A stretch of DNA of 64,000 nucleotides from Spirochaetia bacterium (GCA_963677595.1 OY782041.1:2464001-2528000); one strand, 5' to 3'. Numbered from the stretch's first letter, positions 1-10,104 are shown. Translations and numbers: made by a program. The notes: generated by a model not told the origin, from the letters alone.

Positions 1-1230
1 CTCGATGAGTACATCAGCAAGGCCGGTATGTGGGACGTGGTAGACAGCCTCGGCTACGGCAACTCCGACACGCTGCGTTCCATGGTTCTCTACTACATTT
101 TGGAGAACCGGTCAAACCAGTTGGCACAGACCTGGCATGAGGGTTCGTATGCCAGTGTGCGGTACCCGAAAGCCAACCTGACGAGTCAGAGGATAAGCGA
201 CTTTCTCTCCGCGATCGGGGATGAGGAGAATCAGAGGGCGTACTTCGCCGAGTATTTCAAGCTGGTCGGGAATCGTCCTGGCGGAGAGAAGGTGATCATC
301 GACAGTACGGGACTGCCTAACAGCATCCACTTCCCACTTACGGCCATCAGCAACCACAATGGCAAGCTATCAAATGAGGTGAGACTGATCTATGTAGTCC
401 AGCAGGGCACCAATCTGCCCTTGTTCTTCCGTTATGTCCCCGGGAACGTCATAGACGTGTCCACCCTCATCCGGACGATAGCAGAACTGAAGGCGTACGG
501 CATCAACACCAAGTTCGCGATCCTCGATGCAGGGTACCTCACCCAGGACAACCTGAGAGCCTTGTACGAGCACAAGGTGTCATTCCTCTCCCGCCTTCAG
601 GAGAACCGTAAAGACTATCGCGAACTTAAGGCAGCACATCTGGGAAGCTTGGAGTCCAAAGAGCATCTTGTTGAGTACAACAGTCGTTATGTATATGTGA
701 AGAGGGTCAAGGCGACCATTATGGGACAGCCAGGCTATGCGTACATCTGCCGTGACATGGCCATGAAGAACATCGAGTCATCCAAACTGATGGACCGCGC
801 CAAGGCGCGGGGAATGACGACGGACGAGGTCTTTGAAGCCATGGAAGACCAGGGGGTGTTCATCCTCTACTCCTCACGGCCTATACGGACGGGGGATGTG
901 CTGGAGAAGTACTATATTCGCCAGCAGATCGAACAGGTGTTCGACATCTGCAAGAACAACACGAACCTGCTCCCGTTGAGAGTACATGCTGAAGACACCT
1001 TCAGGGGGCACCTGGTCCTGGCTTTCATAGCTTCGGTGATCGTCAAAATGCTTCAGGACAGTCTGAAGAAGTCTGGCTGCAGCGTGAACAGGGCACTCTA
1101 CAACCTGGGACAACAGCACTGCAAGGTCTTCGACGATGTCGTGCTCCCTTGTGAACCGGTGAAGAAGGTCAACGACATCCTCAAGACCCTGAAGATCAAA
1201 TGTCCTCTCGAGATACGCACCGATTCCTGA
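1..1230 (+). CDS. IS1634-family (IS4-like) DDE transposase, 5'-truncated by window edge
   Basis: Frame is open from base 1. Motifs IIDST, GN(V)IDVSTL, ILDAGY, Y-x-x-RQQIEQVF-x-x-CK and LPLRVH...RGHLVLAFIA match the IS1634 pattern. Confidence 0.85.
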   Translation, partial: LDEYISKAGMWDVVDSLGYGNSDTLRSMVLYYILENRSNQLAQTWHEGSYASVRYPKANLTSQRISDFLSAIGDEENQRAYFAEYFKLVGNRPGGEKVIIDSTGLPNSIHFPLTAISNHNGKLSNEVRLIYVVQQGTNLPLFFRYVPGNVIDVSTLIRTIAELKAYGINTKFAILDAGYLTQDNLRALYEHKVSFLSRLQENRKDYRELKAAHLGSLESKEHLVEYNSRYVYVKRVKATIMGQPGYAYICRDMAMKNIESSKLMDRAKARGMTTDEVFEAMEDQGVFILYSSRPIRTGDVLEKYYIRQQIEQVFDICKNNTNLLPLRVHAEDTFRGHLVLAFIASVIVKMLQDSLKKSGCSVNRALYNLGQQHCKVFDDVVLPCEPVKKVNDILKTLKIKCPLEIRTDS

Positions 1231-1270
1231 CTGGGTTGTTGTTAGAATATTCAGGCGGGAATTCTAGATC
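1..1270 (+). mobile_element. Right part of an IS1634-family insertion sequence
   Basis: Transposase stop at 1230, then a short tail (…GGCGGGAATTCTAGAT) before AT-rich host promoter DNA. The exact end cannot be fixed because the left end is outside the window. Confidence 0.6.
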
Positions 1271-1606
1271 ATAGAGGAAATCATACCTGCATGTAGCCAT
1301 TACCAGCTGCAGTCTCTTCTTTGATTACATAAAGGTAAAAACTTTTAGCCAAAAAATTAGGCATCAAAAAATATTAATAAAAAAATAAGAAATTGAAAAA
1401 TATGAAAACGCCAAAATATTTTTGCTGGTTCTTGGTGAAAAAAGCAGAAAATTCCACGAAATTGTGGTAAATAGCAATTATGACAGTATGAAATGATGCC
1501 AAAGACTGGTAAAGAAAAAGCGAAAAAGATTGACAACCACCATAATCTGTGGGATGCTGTCTTCAGGTTGCTTATGGATTCGTAAAGAAAATTTGGAGGA
1601 AAAGAG

Positions 1607-2989
1607 ATGAAGAAAGACAGATTCTTGTTGGTCTTGGTAGCTGTGTTCATGATGGTTACCTTGTCCCTCTTCGCTGGCGGCGCCCAGGAAGAGACCACGA
1701 CAACACAGGTTTCAACTGCTCCCAGAGAGTTGATGGAGTACAATCTGATTGCTGGAAAACCGTTTGCCGGCCAGACCGTGAAAGTCCTGTGTACTTCCGG
1801 ATCTATCCCGCAGTTCCTGGCTATCAAGCAGCAGGTCGATGAGTTCACCGAACTCACCGGTATTAACGTACAGTGGGATTACACCGTATGGGATGCTTGG
1901 CAGGAGAAATTCATCGCTGAAGCCACAACCGGCGGCGGTAACTACGATATCCTCACCTACATGGACTCCTATGTCGTTGGTGTTCGTAACTATCTCGAAC
2001 CACTTGATGACCTGATCGCACGAGACGGTATCAACATGGATGATTATGCTCCCGGCTTCATCGACATGGTTAAGATGGGCACCGATGAGGTACGTGGTAT
2101 CCCGTTCCGCGGACATGCGAACCTCCTGTATTACAACAAGACCGTATTCGACGAACTTGGCCTTACTCCTCCCAAGACCTGGGATGAACTGGTATCGACT
2201 GCGAAGATCATCGAGGAGAAGACCGGTATGAAGGGTCTAGCCCAGCCGTACGGCGGTTCTTCAGGCCAGAACCTCATGAACTGGCTCGGCATGCTCTGGA
2301 GCAACGGCTCAGTTATCTTCGACGCGAACAACAAGCCGATCTTCAACAATGCTGCAGGCCTCGAGGCTACCGAGAAATACGTAGGGTTCATCACGACCGA
2401 CAAGATCGTGGCTCCCGGTTCGATCACCTTCGGCGAGGGTGATGCGAACAATGAAGTGCTCCAGGGCCGTGCAGCGATGAACATCTGCTGGTCATGGGTC
2501 TACACGAAATACTTCAACCCTGCACAGGCAATCCCTGAAGTGCTCGGCAACGTGGCTCTTACCACCGTTCCGTCATTCCCCGGAAAGCCCTCCTACACCT
2601 TCTCCACCAGCCTTGGTGCCAGTATCTCAGTCGACTCAAAGCGCAAGGATGCAGCTTGGGAATACATGAAGTACTTCACCTCAAAGGAGAAAGAACGAGA
2701 GTACGTCATCGACAAGTCTGATCCAGCTACGGCTAACGTCATCACCATGCATTATGAGAACATGCTCGATCCTGAGGTGAACGCTGCGAACAACGGGCTC
2801 CAGAAGATGGTCTACGAAGGACTCAAGACCTCCAAGGGCCTCCCTGCGATCCCCGAATGGCTGCAGATCCAGTCGATCCTCGAGGTCGCCATGAACAAGA
2901 TGGCTTCAGGCGCAAATGTGAAATCGACACTCGACGCTGCTGCTGTTGATGTCGAGGCTGTCATGAAGCGAGCCGGCTACTATAAGTAG
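1607..2989 (+). CDS. Carbohydrate (CUT1) ABC transporter substrate-binding protein
   Basis: SD GGAGG, spirochaete-type signal ending FAGGAQE, and LYYNK, PKTWDEL and AAWEYMKY motifs. Confidence 0.9.
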   Translation: MKKDRFLLVLVAVFMMVTLSLFAGGAQEETTTTQVSTAPRELMEYNLIAGKPFAGQTVKVLCTSGSIPQFLAIKQQVDEFTELTGINVQWDYTVWDAWQEKFIAEATTGGGNYDILTYMDSYVVGVRNYLEPLDDLIARDGINMDDYAPGFIDMVKMGTDEVRGIPFRGHANLLYYNKTVFDELGLTPPKTWDELVSTAKIIEEKTGMKGLAQPYGGSSGQNLMNWLGMLWSNGSVIFDANNKPIFNNAAGLEATEKYVGFITTDKIVAPGSITFGEGDANNEVLQGRAAMNICWSWVYTKYFNPAQAIPEVLGNVALTTVPSFPGKPSYTFSTSLGASISVDSKRKDAAWEYMKYFTSKEKEREYVIDKSDPATANVITMHYENMLDPEVNAANNGLQKMVYEGLKTSKGLPAIPEWLQIQSILEVAMNKMASGANVKSTLDAAAVDVEAVMKRAGYYK

Positions 2990-2999
2990 GTCGAACGAC

Positions 3000-3096
3000 C
3001 GGGCAGCGATGAGTGCGACTTCAGCGCTGCCCGCTATGTGTGATACCATGTCTGAGTCACCTGCACCGGCAGGGAAACCTGCCGGTGGGCGACTCA
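3000..3096 (+). promoter_or_regulatory. Two intercistronic hairpins after the binding-protein gene (mRNA-stabilising or attenuating)
   Basis: CGGGCAGCG..CGCTGCCCG (3000-3033) and TGAGTCACCTGCACCGGCAGG-GAAA-CCTGCCGGTGGGCGACTCA (3053-3096). No U-tail. Confidence 0.6.
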
Positions 3097-3120
3097 ATAC
3101 AAGTCTTTAGGAGCTGAATC

Positions 3121-3999
3121 GTGAAAGGCGGACACAAAAAACGAAAACTGGTGCTGCTGATACCTGCACTTATCGTGATTGCTATTACATCAACCTATCC
3201 CCTGATCTATGCATTCTGGCTGGGATCTCACCAGTGGCTGATCTCCCAGTCGCCGGTCATGCAGGGGTTCGTAGGACTGGAGAACTTCATTCGGGCATTG
3301 ACGGATTCCAACTTCCTGATGGTTGCGAAGACCAGCTTTCTCTACACCCTTATATCGGTCGTCATGTCTGTCGTGATCGGCTTGGCGATCGCCATTGCCC
3401 TGCAGAAGCCGGGCGTCCTCACGACCCTGACGAAGACCCTGCTCATCTTCCCGTTCGCTATCAGCCCGGCACTGAAGGGATATACCTTCAGGTACATGCT
3501 GCACCCTGAGAGCGGGATCCTCGACCGGTTCTTCAATTTTCTCATCCCGGCCACTGACAACCTGATATGGCTGGGGCATACCGGCTGGGCACTCTTCTGG
3601 CTGGCGATGACCGAGGTCTGGGGCTGGGCCCCCCTGGTCGCACTCATGTTCGTGGGAGCCTTGGGCTCTATATCGACATCGATCTTCGAGGCAGCCAAGC
3701 TTGACGGTACGAACAACGTACAGCTGTTCATCCATGTCACGCTCCCGCTGTTGCTCCCGGTAGTCATGACCATCACCCTGCTGAGGACGATCTTCTCGCT
3801 GAAGATGTTCGACCAGGTAGTCACCATGACCAATGGCGGTCCTGGTGCATCGACGCAGACGTTCAACTACCTGATCTACCAGACCGGGTTCAGGTTCATG
3901 GATATGGGCTATGCAGCCGCGCTGGCTGCGATCCTGATCGTGATCATGGCTATCTTCGCGTCCTTCTATACAAAATCACTGATCAGGGAGGGCGTGTAG
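3121..3999 (+). CDS. Carbohydrate ABC transporter permease (MalF/UgpA-like)
   Basis: FVGLENF, EAA loop EAAKLDG and GYAAALA motifs, multiple TM segments. Confidence 0.92.
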   Translation: MKGGHKKRKLVLLIPALIVIAITSTYPLIYAFWLGSHQWLISQSPVMQGFVGLENFIRALTDSNFLMVAKTSFLYTLISVVMSVVIGLAIAIALQKPGVLTTLTKTLLIFPFAISPALKGYTFRYMLHPESGILDRFFNFLIPATDNLIWLGHTGWALFWLAMTEVWGWAPLVALMFVGALGSISTSIFEAAKLDGTNNVQLFIHVTLPLLLPVVMTITLLRTIFSLKMFDQVVTMTNGGPGASTQTFNYLIYQTGFRFMDMGYAAALAAILIVIMAIFASFYTKSLIREGV

Positions 4000-4000
4000 G

Positions 4001-4834
4001 ATGAAACAGCTCAGACCCGGGGCCGTCATCAATGAGGTCCTTCACAAGATCGTCATCTTCGCCATCATCATCTTCGTGCTGTTCCCGATCATCTGGATCG
4101 CGCTGACCGCGTTCAAGACGCCGGTAGAGGCGAAGACTGACCATATCCTGTTCACCCCCACACTGGAGAACTTCGAGATCATCAACAGCCCGACCATCAA
4201 TGTATGGGCACGATTCCTCAACAGCATGATCATCTCGCTGTCGACCTTAGCGATCGTGATCCCGCTGGCGTTGATGGCCGCCTATGTCTTCTCCCGTCAT
4301 AAGTTCAGGGGAAGCAAACCGCTGTTCGTCTATATCCTGACGACACAGTTCGTTCCGCCGGTAGTCATCGTGCTGCCCTTCTTCGCGATCTTCCTGCACC
4401 TGCACCTGATCGACTCGAAGATCTCGCTGATCACGGTGAATCTCTCGATCGGACTGCCGTATGCGATCTGGCTGATCAAGGGCTTCATCGACAGCCTGCC
4501 GGTGGAGATCGAGGAGGCAGCGGTCATCGACGGCTGTTCGCAGATGCAGACACTGTGGCACGTGCTGTTCCCGCTCACTGCACCCGGGGTCATCACGACA
4601 TCGATCTTCATCTTCATCAACTCCTGGAACGAGTTCCTCTATGCCCTCATCCTGACGAGGTCGGAACAGTCCAAGACGATCACCATCGCGTTGATGAGCA
4701 CGATCGGGCCGTACGGGGTCTTGTGGGAGCGGATGTCTGCTGTAGGCATCCTCGTCATCCTGCCGGTCCTCGTCCTCTCCTTCTTCATCAGGAAGCACTT
4801 CGTCCAGGGCCTGACCATGGGAGGGGTGAAATAA
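4001..4834 (+). CDS. Carbohydrate ABC transporter permease (MalG/UgpE-like)
   Basis: EEAAVIDG, WNEFLYAL and the C-terminal GLTMGGVK. Confidence 0.92.
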   Translation: MKQLRPGAVINEVLHKIVIFAIIIFVLFPIIWIALTAFKTPVEAKTDHILFTPTLENFEIINSPTINVWARFLNSMIISLSTLAIVIPLALMAAYVFSRHKFRGSKPLFVYILTTQFVPPVVIVLPFFAIFLHLHLIDSKISLITVNLSIGLPYAIWLIKGFIDSLPVEIEEAAVIDGCSQMQTLWHVLFPLTAPGVITTSIFIFINSWNEFLYALILTRSEQSKTITIALMSTIGPYGVLWERMSAVGILVILPVLVLSFFIRKHFVQGLTMGGVK

Positions 4835-4836
4835 TC

Positions 4837-5634
4837 ATGGGACGTGCCATCGAGCTGCTGACCATCCAGGCCCACTTCCCCTCTGGCGACACGGAAGGGA
4901 ACCTTGCCAGGATGGAGAGGCTCATCAGGAAGGGAGCTGCCCGGGTAGGGGATACCTCACTCGTGCTCTTCCCGGAACTGGCTCCCGGGGGCTATGATCC
5001 CGAGGATGCAGCGAAGAACTGCCCCGAGGAACCCGACGGCCCCTCCTTCAGGAGGATGAGTGCCGTTGCCGCGGAACTCGGGCTCTACATCGCCTACGGG
5101 TATGCGGAAGCCGGGGAGGGCGGAAGGGTCTACAACTCCCAGATGCTCATCGGGCCGGACGGTAAGGCCGCAGCCAACTACCGGAAACTCCACCTGACGA
5201 AAGGTGAGATGAAGGTGTTCACCGCAGGTAATGAGGCGGTCGTGGCAGATACCGAGATCGGAAAGATCGGCCTCATGATCTGCTGGGACTTAGCCTTCCC
5301 GGAGCTCTCGAGGATCCTGACTTTGAAGGGGGCCGAGATCATCCTGGTCCCGGCTGCCTGGGACACGCCCTGGGCTGACCCGTTTCGGGCCTTCTCGAAG
5401 TCCCGAGCCCTCGATAACACGGTGTTCCTCGCGACCTGCAACCATGTCGGGGTCAATGACGGCGTGGATTACCTCGGGGAGTCCTCCCTCTACGGGCCGG
5501 ACGGGCAGCAGCTCGGCTGCGCCGGACGGGATGGTGAGGCCCTGCTGCAGTGCCGGGTCGACCTGGACCGGGTCGAGGGTACGAGGAATGGGTATTACAC
5601 CATGCTCGAGGACCGGAGGACGGACCTGTATTGA
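4837..5634 (+). CDS. Carbon-nitrogen hydrolase (nitrilase superfamily amidase)
   Basis: Catalytic triad motifs LFPEL, YRKLHL and ICWDLAFPE. Start moved to the ATG at 4837, just after the permease stop. Confidence 0.88.
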   Translation: MGRAIELLTIQAHFPSGDTEGNLARMERLIRKGAARVGDTSLVLFPELAPGGYDPEDAAKNCPEEPDGPSFRRMSAVAAELGLYIAYGYAEAGEGGRVYNSQMLIGPDGKAAANYRKLHLTKGEMKVFTAGNEAVVADTEIGKIGLMICWDLAFPELSRILTLKGAEIILVPAAWDTPWADPFRAFSKSRALDNTVFLATCNHVGVNDGVDYLGESSLYGPDGQQLGCAGRDGEALLQCRVDLDRVEGTRNGYYTMLEDRRTDLY

Positions 5635-5707
5635 TTGATGCAGATAGCGTATCGGGCTGGATACGTTGACCATAAAATAATTTGTTGTGTGAGGAGAATG
5701 ACAAACG

Positions 5708-6985
5708 ATGAACAGGAAGTATCTAAAGACTGCGAAACCCGCGAAACCTGAGGATCTCTCCAAGGTGACTGAGATCGTGGCAGAAATGATCGACAATGTC
5801 CGGAAGAACGGGGATGGGGCAGTGATCGAATATACGAAGAAGCTCGATGGGATCGACAGGAAGAACCTGAAGATCACCAGGGAGGAGTTCGCACAGGCAA
5901 GGAAGATGCTCTCTCCCAGCCTGATCGAGGATATGCAGTTCGGCATCGCCCAGGTCCGCATGTTCGCACAGGCCCAGCGGGACGCGATCCGTGAGATCGA
6001 TGTGGAGATCTCACCCGGGATCCATCTCGGCCACCGGATCGTTCCCATCGCCAATGTCGGTGCCTACATCCCCGGGGGACGGTACCCGATCCTCTCAGCG
6101 GCACAGATGCTGATCATCCCGGCACGGGTTGCTGGGGTCACACGGGTCATCGGGTGTACTCCGCCGCGTAAGGACGGCCAGGTGCATCCGGCAGTGCTCT
6201 ACGCAGCTGAGGAGTCCGGGGTCGATGAGCTCTACTGCATCGGCGGTGTACAGGCGATCGCAGCTATGGCATACGGGACCGAGACCATCAAGCCGGTCGA
6301 CAAGATCGTCGGCCCCGGCAACAAGTGGGTGACCGAGGCGAAGCGCCAGGTCAACGGTACCGTCGGGCTCGATTTGCCGGCAGGACCGAGTGAGATCCTC
6401 ATCATCGCTGATGAGACTGCCCAGGCAGATATCCTCGCGGCAGACCTGCTCGGCCAGCTCGAGCATGACCCGAATGCCAGGGGTATGCTCATCACCACCT
6501 CACAGAAACTCGGTGAGGATACGGTCAAGGAGGTAGATAAGCAGCTTGACGTGCTCTCTACCGCCGATGTCGCACGTATCTCCTGGGAGAACCAGGGAGA
6601 GGTCGTCGTCGTGGACAGCCTCGAGGAGTGTGCCGCCCTTGCCAACGAGTGGGCACCTGAGCACCTTGAGGTCCATACCAAGTACCCGCATGTACTGCTC
6701 GGGCAGTTGACGAACTACGGTTCGCTCTTCCTCGGGGAGGCTGCAGCCGAAGTCTTCGCAGACAAGGTCGCAGGCACGAACCATGCACTGCCGACCGCGG
6801 GAGCAGCCCGCTATACCAGCGGCGTATCGGTGAATACCTTCATCAAGCTCCCTACCCACCAGTGGGTCTCGGAAGAAGCTATGGAACGTCTTGCGGGGAT
6901 CACGGTACGACAGTCAACCATCGAGGGAATGGCTGCCCATGCTGAGTCGGCAGCGATCCGCCTCAGGAAGCTGGCCGGCAACTAG
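5708..6985 (+). CDS. Histidinol dehydrogenase-family oxidoreductase (HisD/HpsN-like, probably catabolic)
   Basis: YIPGGRYP, KIVGPGN, AGPSE, QLEHD, APEHLE and DKVAGTNHALPT motifs. No his genes nearby. Confidence 0.85.
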   Translation: MNRKYLKTAKPAKPEDLSKVTEIVAEMIDNVRKNGDGAVIEYTKKLDGIDRKNLKITREEFAQARKMLSPSLIEDMQFGIAQVRMFAQAQRDAIREIDVEISPGIHLGHRIVPIANVGAYIPGGRYPILSAAQMLIIPARVAGVTRVIGCTPPRKDGQVHPAVLYAAEESGVDELYCIGGVQAIAAMAYGTETIKPVDKIVGPGNKWVTEAKRQVNGTVGLDLPAGPSEILIIADETAQADILAADLLGQLEHDPNARGMLITTSQKLGEDTVKEVDKQLDVLSTADVARISWENQGEVVVVDSLEECAALANEWAPEHLEVHTKYPHVLLGQLTNYGSLFLGEAAAEVFADKVAGTNHALPTAGAARYTSGVSVNTFIKLPTHQWVSEEAMERLAGITVRQSTIEGMAAHAESAAIRLRKLAGN

Positions 6986-7012
6986 TCAGGGTGAAAGGAA
7001 AGAGGTGATGTC

Positions 7013-7540
7013 ATGAAGCTGAGTGACAGAAACTACAGGGAAACAGAGTCCCAGACCTTGCGGAAGATCGTGGAGAACCCTGACTTCAGGGTTCCCGCCG
7101 ATGTTGAGGAGTATTACGTGGCCCTCACGAAATATATCTGGGACCATAAGAACATCGGGAGCATCTATGACTCCTACCTGGACGATACGATCCTGCATGG
7201 GGAGAACGGGCATGTGACTGATGATGTGCTCTCCGTGTTCCGGCACACCTCTGACCGGCTGGTCACGATCCCTGACCTGGAGACCACCTTCCTGGAGATC
7301 CATGCGAAGAAGGTGAATGAGGATGAGTTCCGGTTCGTGCAGGTCACGCATCTCGATGCGACCTTCACCGGGCCCTGTTCCTATGGTCCCGCTGGGGACC
7401 AGGTGATGAACTACGATAATAATATGAGCATCTGTGAATGCCAGGTGAAGAAAGTCGATGGGGAATGGAAGATCGTTGAGGAATGGGGCCTCGGCTTCGA
7501 TGATTTCTTCAAAGTGCGTTTCCCGCAAACCCAAGCCTGA
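7013..7540 (+). CDS. SnoaL/NTF2-like (ester cyclase-type) protein, paralogue 1
   Basis: TKYIWD..IG.IYD.Y.DD..LHG, IPDL, ATFTGP.SYGP and WKIVEEW pattern, shared with the next two ORFs. Confidence 0.65.
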   Translation: MKLSDRNYRETESQTLRKIVENPDFRVPADVEEYYVALTKYIWDHKNIGSIYDSYLDDTILHGENGHVTDDVLSVFRHTSDRLVTIPDLETTFLEIHAKKVNEDEFRFVQVTHLDATFTGPCSYGPAGDQVMNYDNNMSICECQVKKVDGEWKIVEEWGLGFDDFFKVRFPQTQA

Positions 7541-7564
7541 AGGTTCATGGAGAGGAGAACAGTA

Positions 7565-8086
7565 ATGGATTATTGCAAGCAGATGGTTGATGAGCGGAAG
7601 AAGCTTGAATCTGTCCTTGAGGGTGCCGTGCTGGAGACGACCGATGATGCGGTCGCGTTCGGGGACGCACTGACGAAAGTCATCTGGGACCACCAGATGC
7701 TGGGGTACATATACCAGTACTACGCTGATGATGCCGTGCTCAAGGGACCGACCGGGAGCAGGATCGTCGGTCAGGAGGGGATACAGGACGAGTTCCTCTC
7801 GATGATCGCCGCCTTCCCCGATATGAAGGTAACGCTCACAGAGACCTTCGCCACCGGTGATGCGGTCACCGGCTTCATGGTCTACCAGCGGTCATACTGC
7901 GATGCCACGAATACCGGCATGAGTATCTATGGGCCGCCGACCGGGGCTGTGCTCGATGAGAAGAACTCCATGGGGCAGACAGTCTATATCATCAGGCAGG
8001 TCGAAGGGGCCTGGAAGGTAGTCAAGGAATATTCGATCCGCAGCATGATGACGATCAAGAACCTGCTGAAGGGTGAGGCGCGCTAG
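7565..8086 (+). CDS. SnoaL/NTF2-like protein, paralogue 2
   Basis: TKVIWD, AAFPDMKV, ATNTG.SIYGPPTG and WKVVKEY. SD GAGGAG precedes ATG 7565. Confidence 0.68.
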   Translation: MDYCKQMVDERKKLESVLEGAVLETTDDAVAFGDALTKVIWDHQMLGYIYQYYADDAVLKGPTGSRIVGQEGIQDEFLSMIAAFPDMKVTLTETFATGDAVTGFMVYQRSYCDATNTGMSIYGPPTGAVLDEKNSMGQTVYIIRQVEGAWKVVKEYSIRSMMTIKNLLKGEAR

Positions 8087-8148
8087 CGTCCTGTTTCGAT
8101 CCCCGAATGACGCATGTTGAGACGAGGGAATTGAGAGGAGAGGGAAGC

Positions 8149-8664
8149 ATGGAACAAGAAGCAAGGAAGAAAGAGGTCATCGAGCTCGAGAAGATCGTGG
8201 GTGACGCTGATTTCAAGGACGCCCGACAGGTGGAACGATTCTTCGAGGCGTATACCAAGCTGATCTGGAACCACCGCCAGATCGGGCTGATCTATGACCA
8301 TTATACCGATACCACCATCATCCATGGTGAGAACGGGAAGGATATGCCCGGCATCGCGTTGGTCGTTGCCCATACCAGTGAACGGATCCAGTCGATGCCG
8401 GACATAAAGCTCAACTTTATCGGGATCTGGGCTCACCAGGTGAGCGAGACCGAGTACAAGTTCATCCAGATCACCTATCCTGAGGGGACCTTCACAGGAC
8501 CGAGCCTCTACGGCCCGCCGACGGACAAGGAACTGAACTATGACAACATCATGAACATGTGCGAGTGCCTGGTGCGGAAGATCGACGGGGTCTGGAAGAT
8601 CGTCGAGGAGTGGAACCTCCTCGGGTATGCCGACTTCTTCACCGCCGGCAATAATCAGGAGTGA
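8149..8664 (+). CDS. SnoaL/NTF2-like protein, paralogue 3
   Basis: TKLIWNH, IHGENG, GTFTGPSLYGPPT and WKIVEEW. Most similar to 7013-7540. Confidence 0.68.
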   Translation: MEQEARKKEVIELEKIVGDADFKDARQVERFFEAYTKLIWNHRQIGLIYDHYTDTTIIHGENGKDMPGIALVVAHTSERIQSMPDIKLNFIGIWAHQVSETEYKFIQITYPEGTFTGPSLYGPPTDKELNYDNIMNMCECLVRKIDGVWKIVEEWNLLGYADFFTAGNNQE

Positions 8665-8814
8665 TCCTGGCCAGGCACCAGAGATGGAGGCCTGTATCAG
8701 GGAGGGGAGGACCTTTTCGGATACAGGCTGTTTCGTCCCTGTCGGTTCCTGGGGTGCCGGGGAGCGGCGGAAGAGAACGCACACAGGGGGACTGTGTCCG
8801 GCGTGCCGGCTCAG

Positions 8815-8843
8815 TTGACTACCTTGGGCTGTTCAACTATACT
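8815..8843 (+). promoter_or_regulatory. Sigma70-type promoter of the LacI-family gene (leaderless)
   Basis: TTGACT-N17-TATACT, with the ATG 8 nt downstream and no SD. Confidence 0.65.
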
Positions 8844-8851
8844 TTTCCAAT

Positions 8852-9892
8852 ATGGCAAAGAAGGTAAGACTACAGGATATCGCGGCTGAAGTAGGGGTCT
8901 CCCCCACGACAGTGTCGCAGGCGCTCTCACGCAAGGGTCGGGTCTCGAACGAGACCATCGAGATGGTCCAGAAGACCGCCGAACGGCTCGGGTATACCCG
9001 GGGCCTCGAGAGTTCCGTGAAGACTGTAGGACTCCTGTTCAGCATCGAGCAGAACTGGGCGTACCTCTGGGTCTTCATCCAGGTCTTCATCGAGAAGCTG
9101 GGAAAGGCCCTCAACAGCTTCGGGATCAACCTCGTCATCGTGCCGATCCATTCGGAGAAGCCGGAGCAGGACCTGCTCAGGCAGCTCAAGGCGATCGGGG
9201 CGAAGGCACTGGTCACCCTGCACCTTGAGGATGAGCACCTCCTGGAATTCCTGTCAGAGAACGGGATCCCCATCCTGGTCGTCATGAACAACAAGTACCA
9301 GGACCGGTATCTCTCCGTCTGCAATGATGACTTCCAGGGTGCCTATGATGCCGTCAAGTACCTGATCGACTACGGGCATGCCCGGATAGCGTACCTCGGT
9401 ACCGAGCACCCCGCGACCGTGGGGATGGGGAATGACCGATTCATCGGGGCCAGGAAGGCTCTTGAGGATGCCGGGCTGGAACTTCCCGACGAGTTCGTCC
9501 TCTATTTCGAGAACTACTATGATATCCACACCTTGGAGAAGGGCCTGCATAAACTGCTTGACCGGGATGACCGCCCGACTGGACTCTACTGCCTGCATGA
9601 CTACCTCGCCGAGAAGGTCTATGCTGCCCTGATGAGACTTGGCTACTCCGTACCCGGTGACATCTCGATCATCACTGCCGGTGACTCCTTCGATTACTCC
9701 CAGTTCGAGGTGCTGCAGATCACGACCATGCGCTCACAGACCGACCAGATGGGGACCGTTGCCGCAGACATGCTCAACCGGCTGATCAACTACCATGACT
9801 CCTCGCAGATCAACATTGGGATCAAGATCCGCCAGCAGCTCATGGACCGGGGTTCCTGCCGGGACCTGCGTGATGCCGGGGCTTCCCTGTAG
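8852..9892 (+). CDS. LacI-family transcriptional regulator
   Basis: N-terminal HTH LQDIAAEVGVSPTTVSQAL followed by a periplasmic-binding-protein-like sensor domain. Confidence 0.92.
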   Translation: MAKKVRLQDIAAEVGVSPTTVSQALSRKGRVSNETIEMVQKTAERLGYTRGLESSVKTVGLLFSIEQNWAYLWVFIQVFIEKLGKALNSFGINLVIVPIHSEKPEQDLLRQLKAIGAKALVTLHLEDEHLLEFLSENGIPILVVMNNKYQDRYLSVCNDDFQGAYDAVKYLIDYGHARIAYLGTEHPATVGMGNDRFIGARKALEDAGLELPDEFVLYFENYYDIHTLEKGLHKLLDRDDRPTGLYCLHDYLAEKVYAALMRLGYSVPGDISIITAGDSFDYSQFEVLQITTMRSQTDQMGTVAADMLNRLINYHDSSQINIGIKIRQQLMDRGSCRDLRDAGASL

Positions 9893-10075
9893 GCGGATTA
9901 TTACGATCATACGTATTCTGTTAAAATAAATCTACTCAGTACCAGGTACGCAACTGCCTGAATCCACGTTGCATCTTGTTGCATGAACTGACAGGCAATC
10001 AAGATATCATGCATGGATACTCTGTAAATAAGTGTATAGACTAATAAAGAAGAAGTTTGTACAGAAACATTTGCA

Positions 10076-10104
10076 TTGACAATTCTGTGGTACTTACTTA
10101 TTAT
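10076..10104 (+). promoter_or_regulatory. Sigma70-type promoter of the rny operon
   Basis: TTGACA-N17-TATTAT. Confidence 0.7.

Noticed and set aside
4555-4836. N-terminal extension of the nitrilase-family ORF
   Set aside because: Overlaps the permease in another frame. The real start is the ATG at 4837.
9900-10070. Possible 6S RNA upstream of rny
   Set aside because: Only short pairings (TGCCTG/CAGGCA). No long rod with a central bubble was recognisable.
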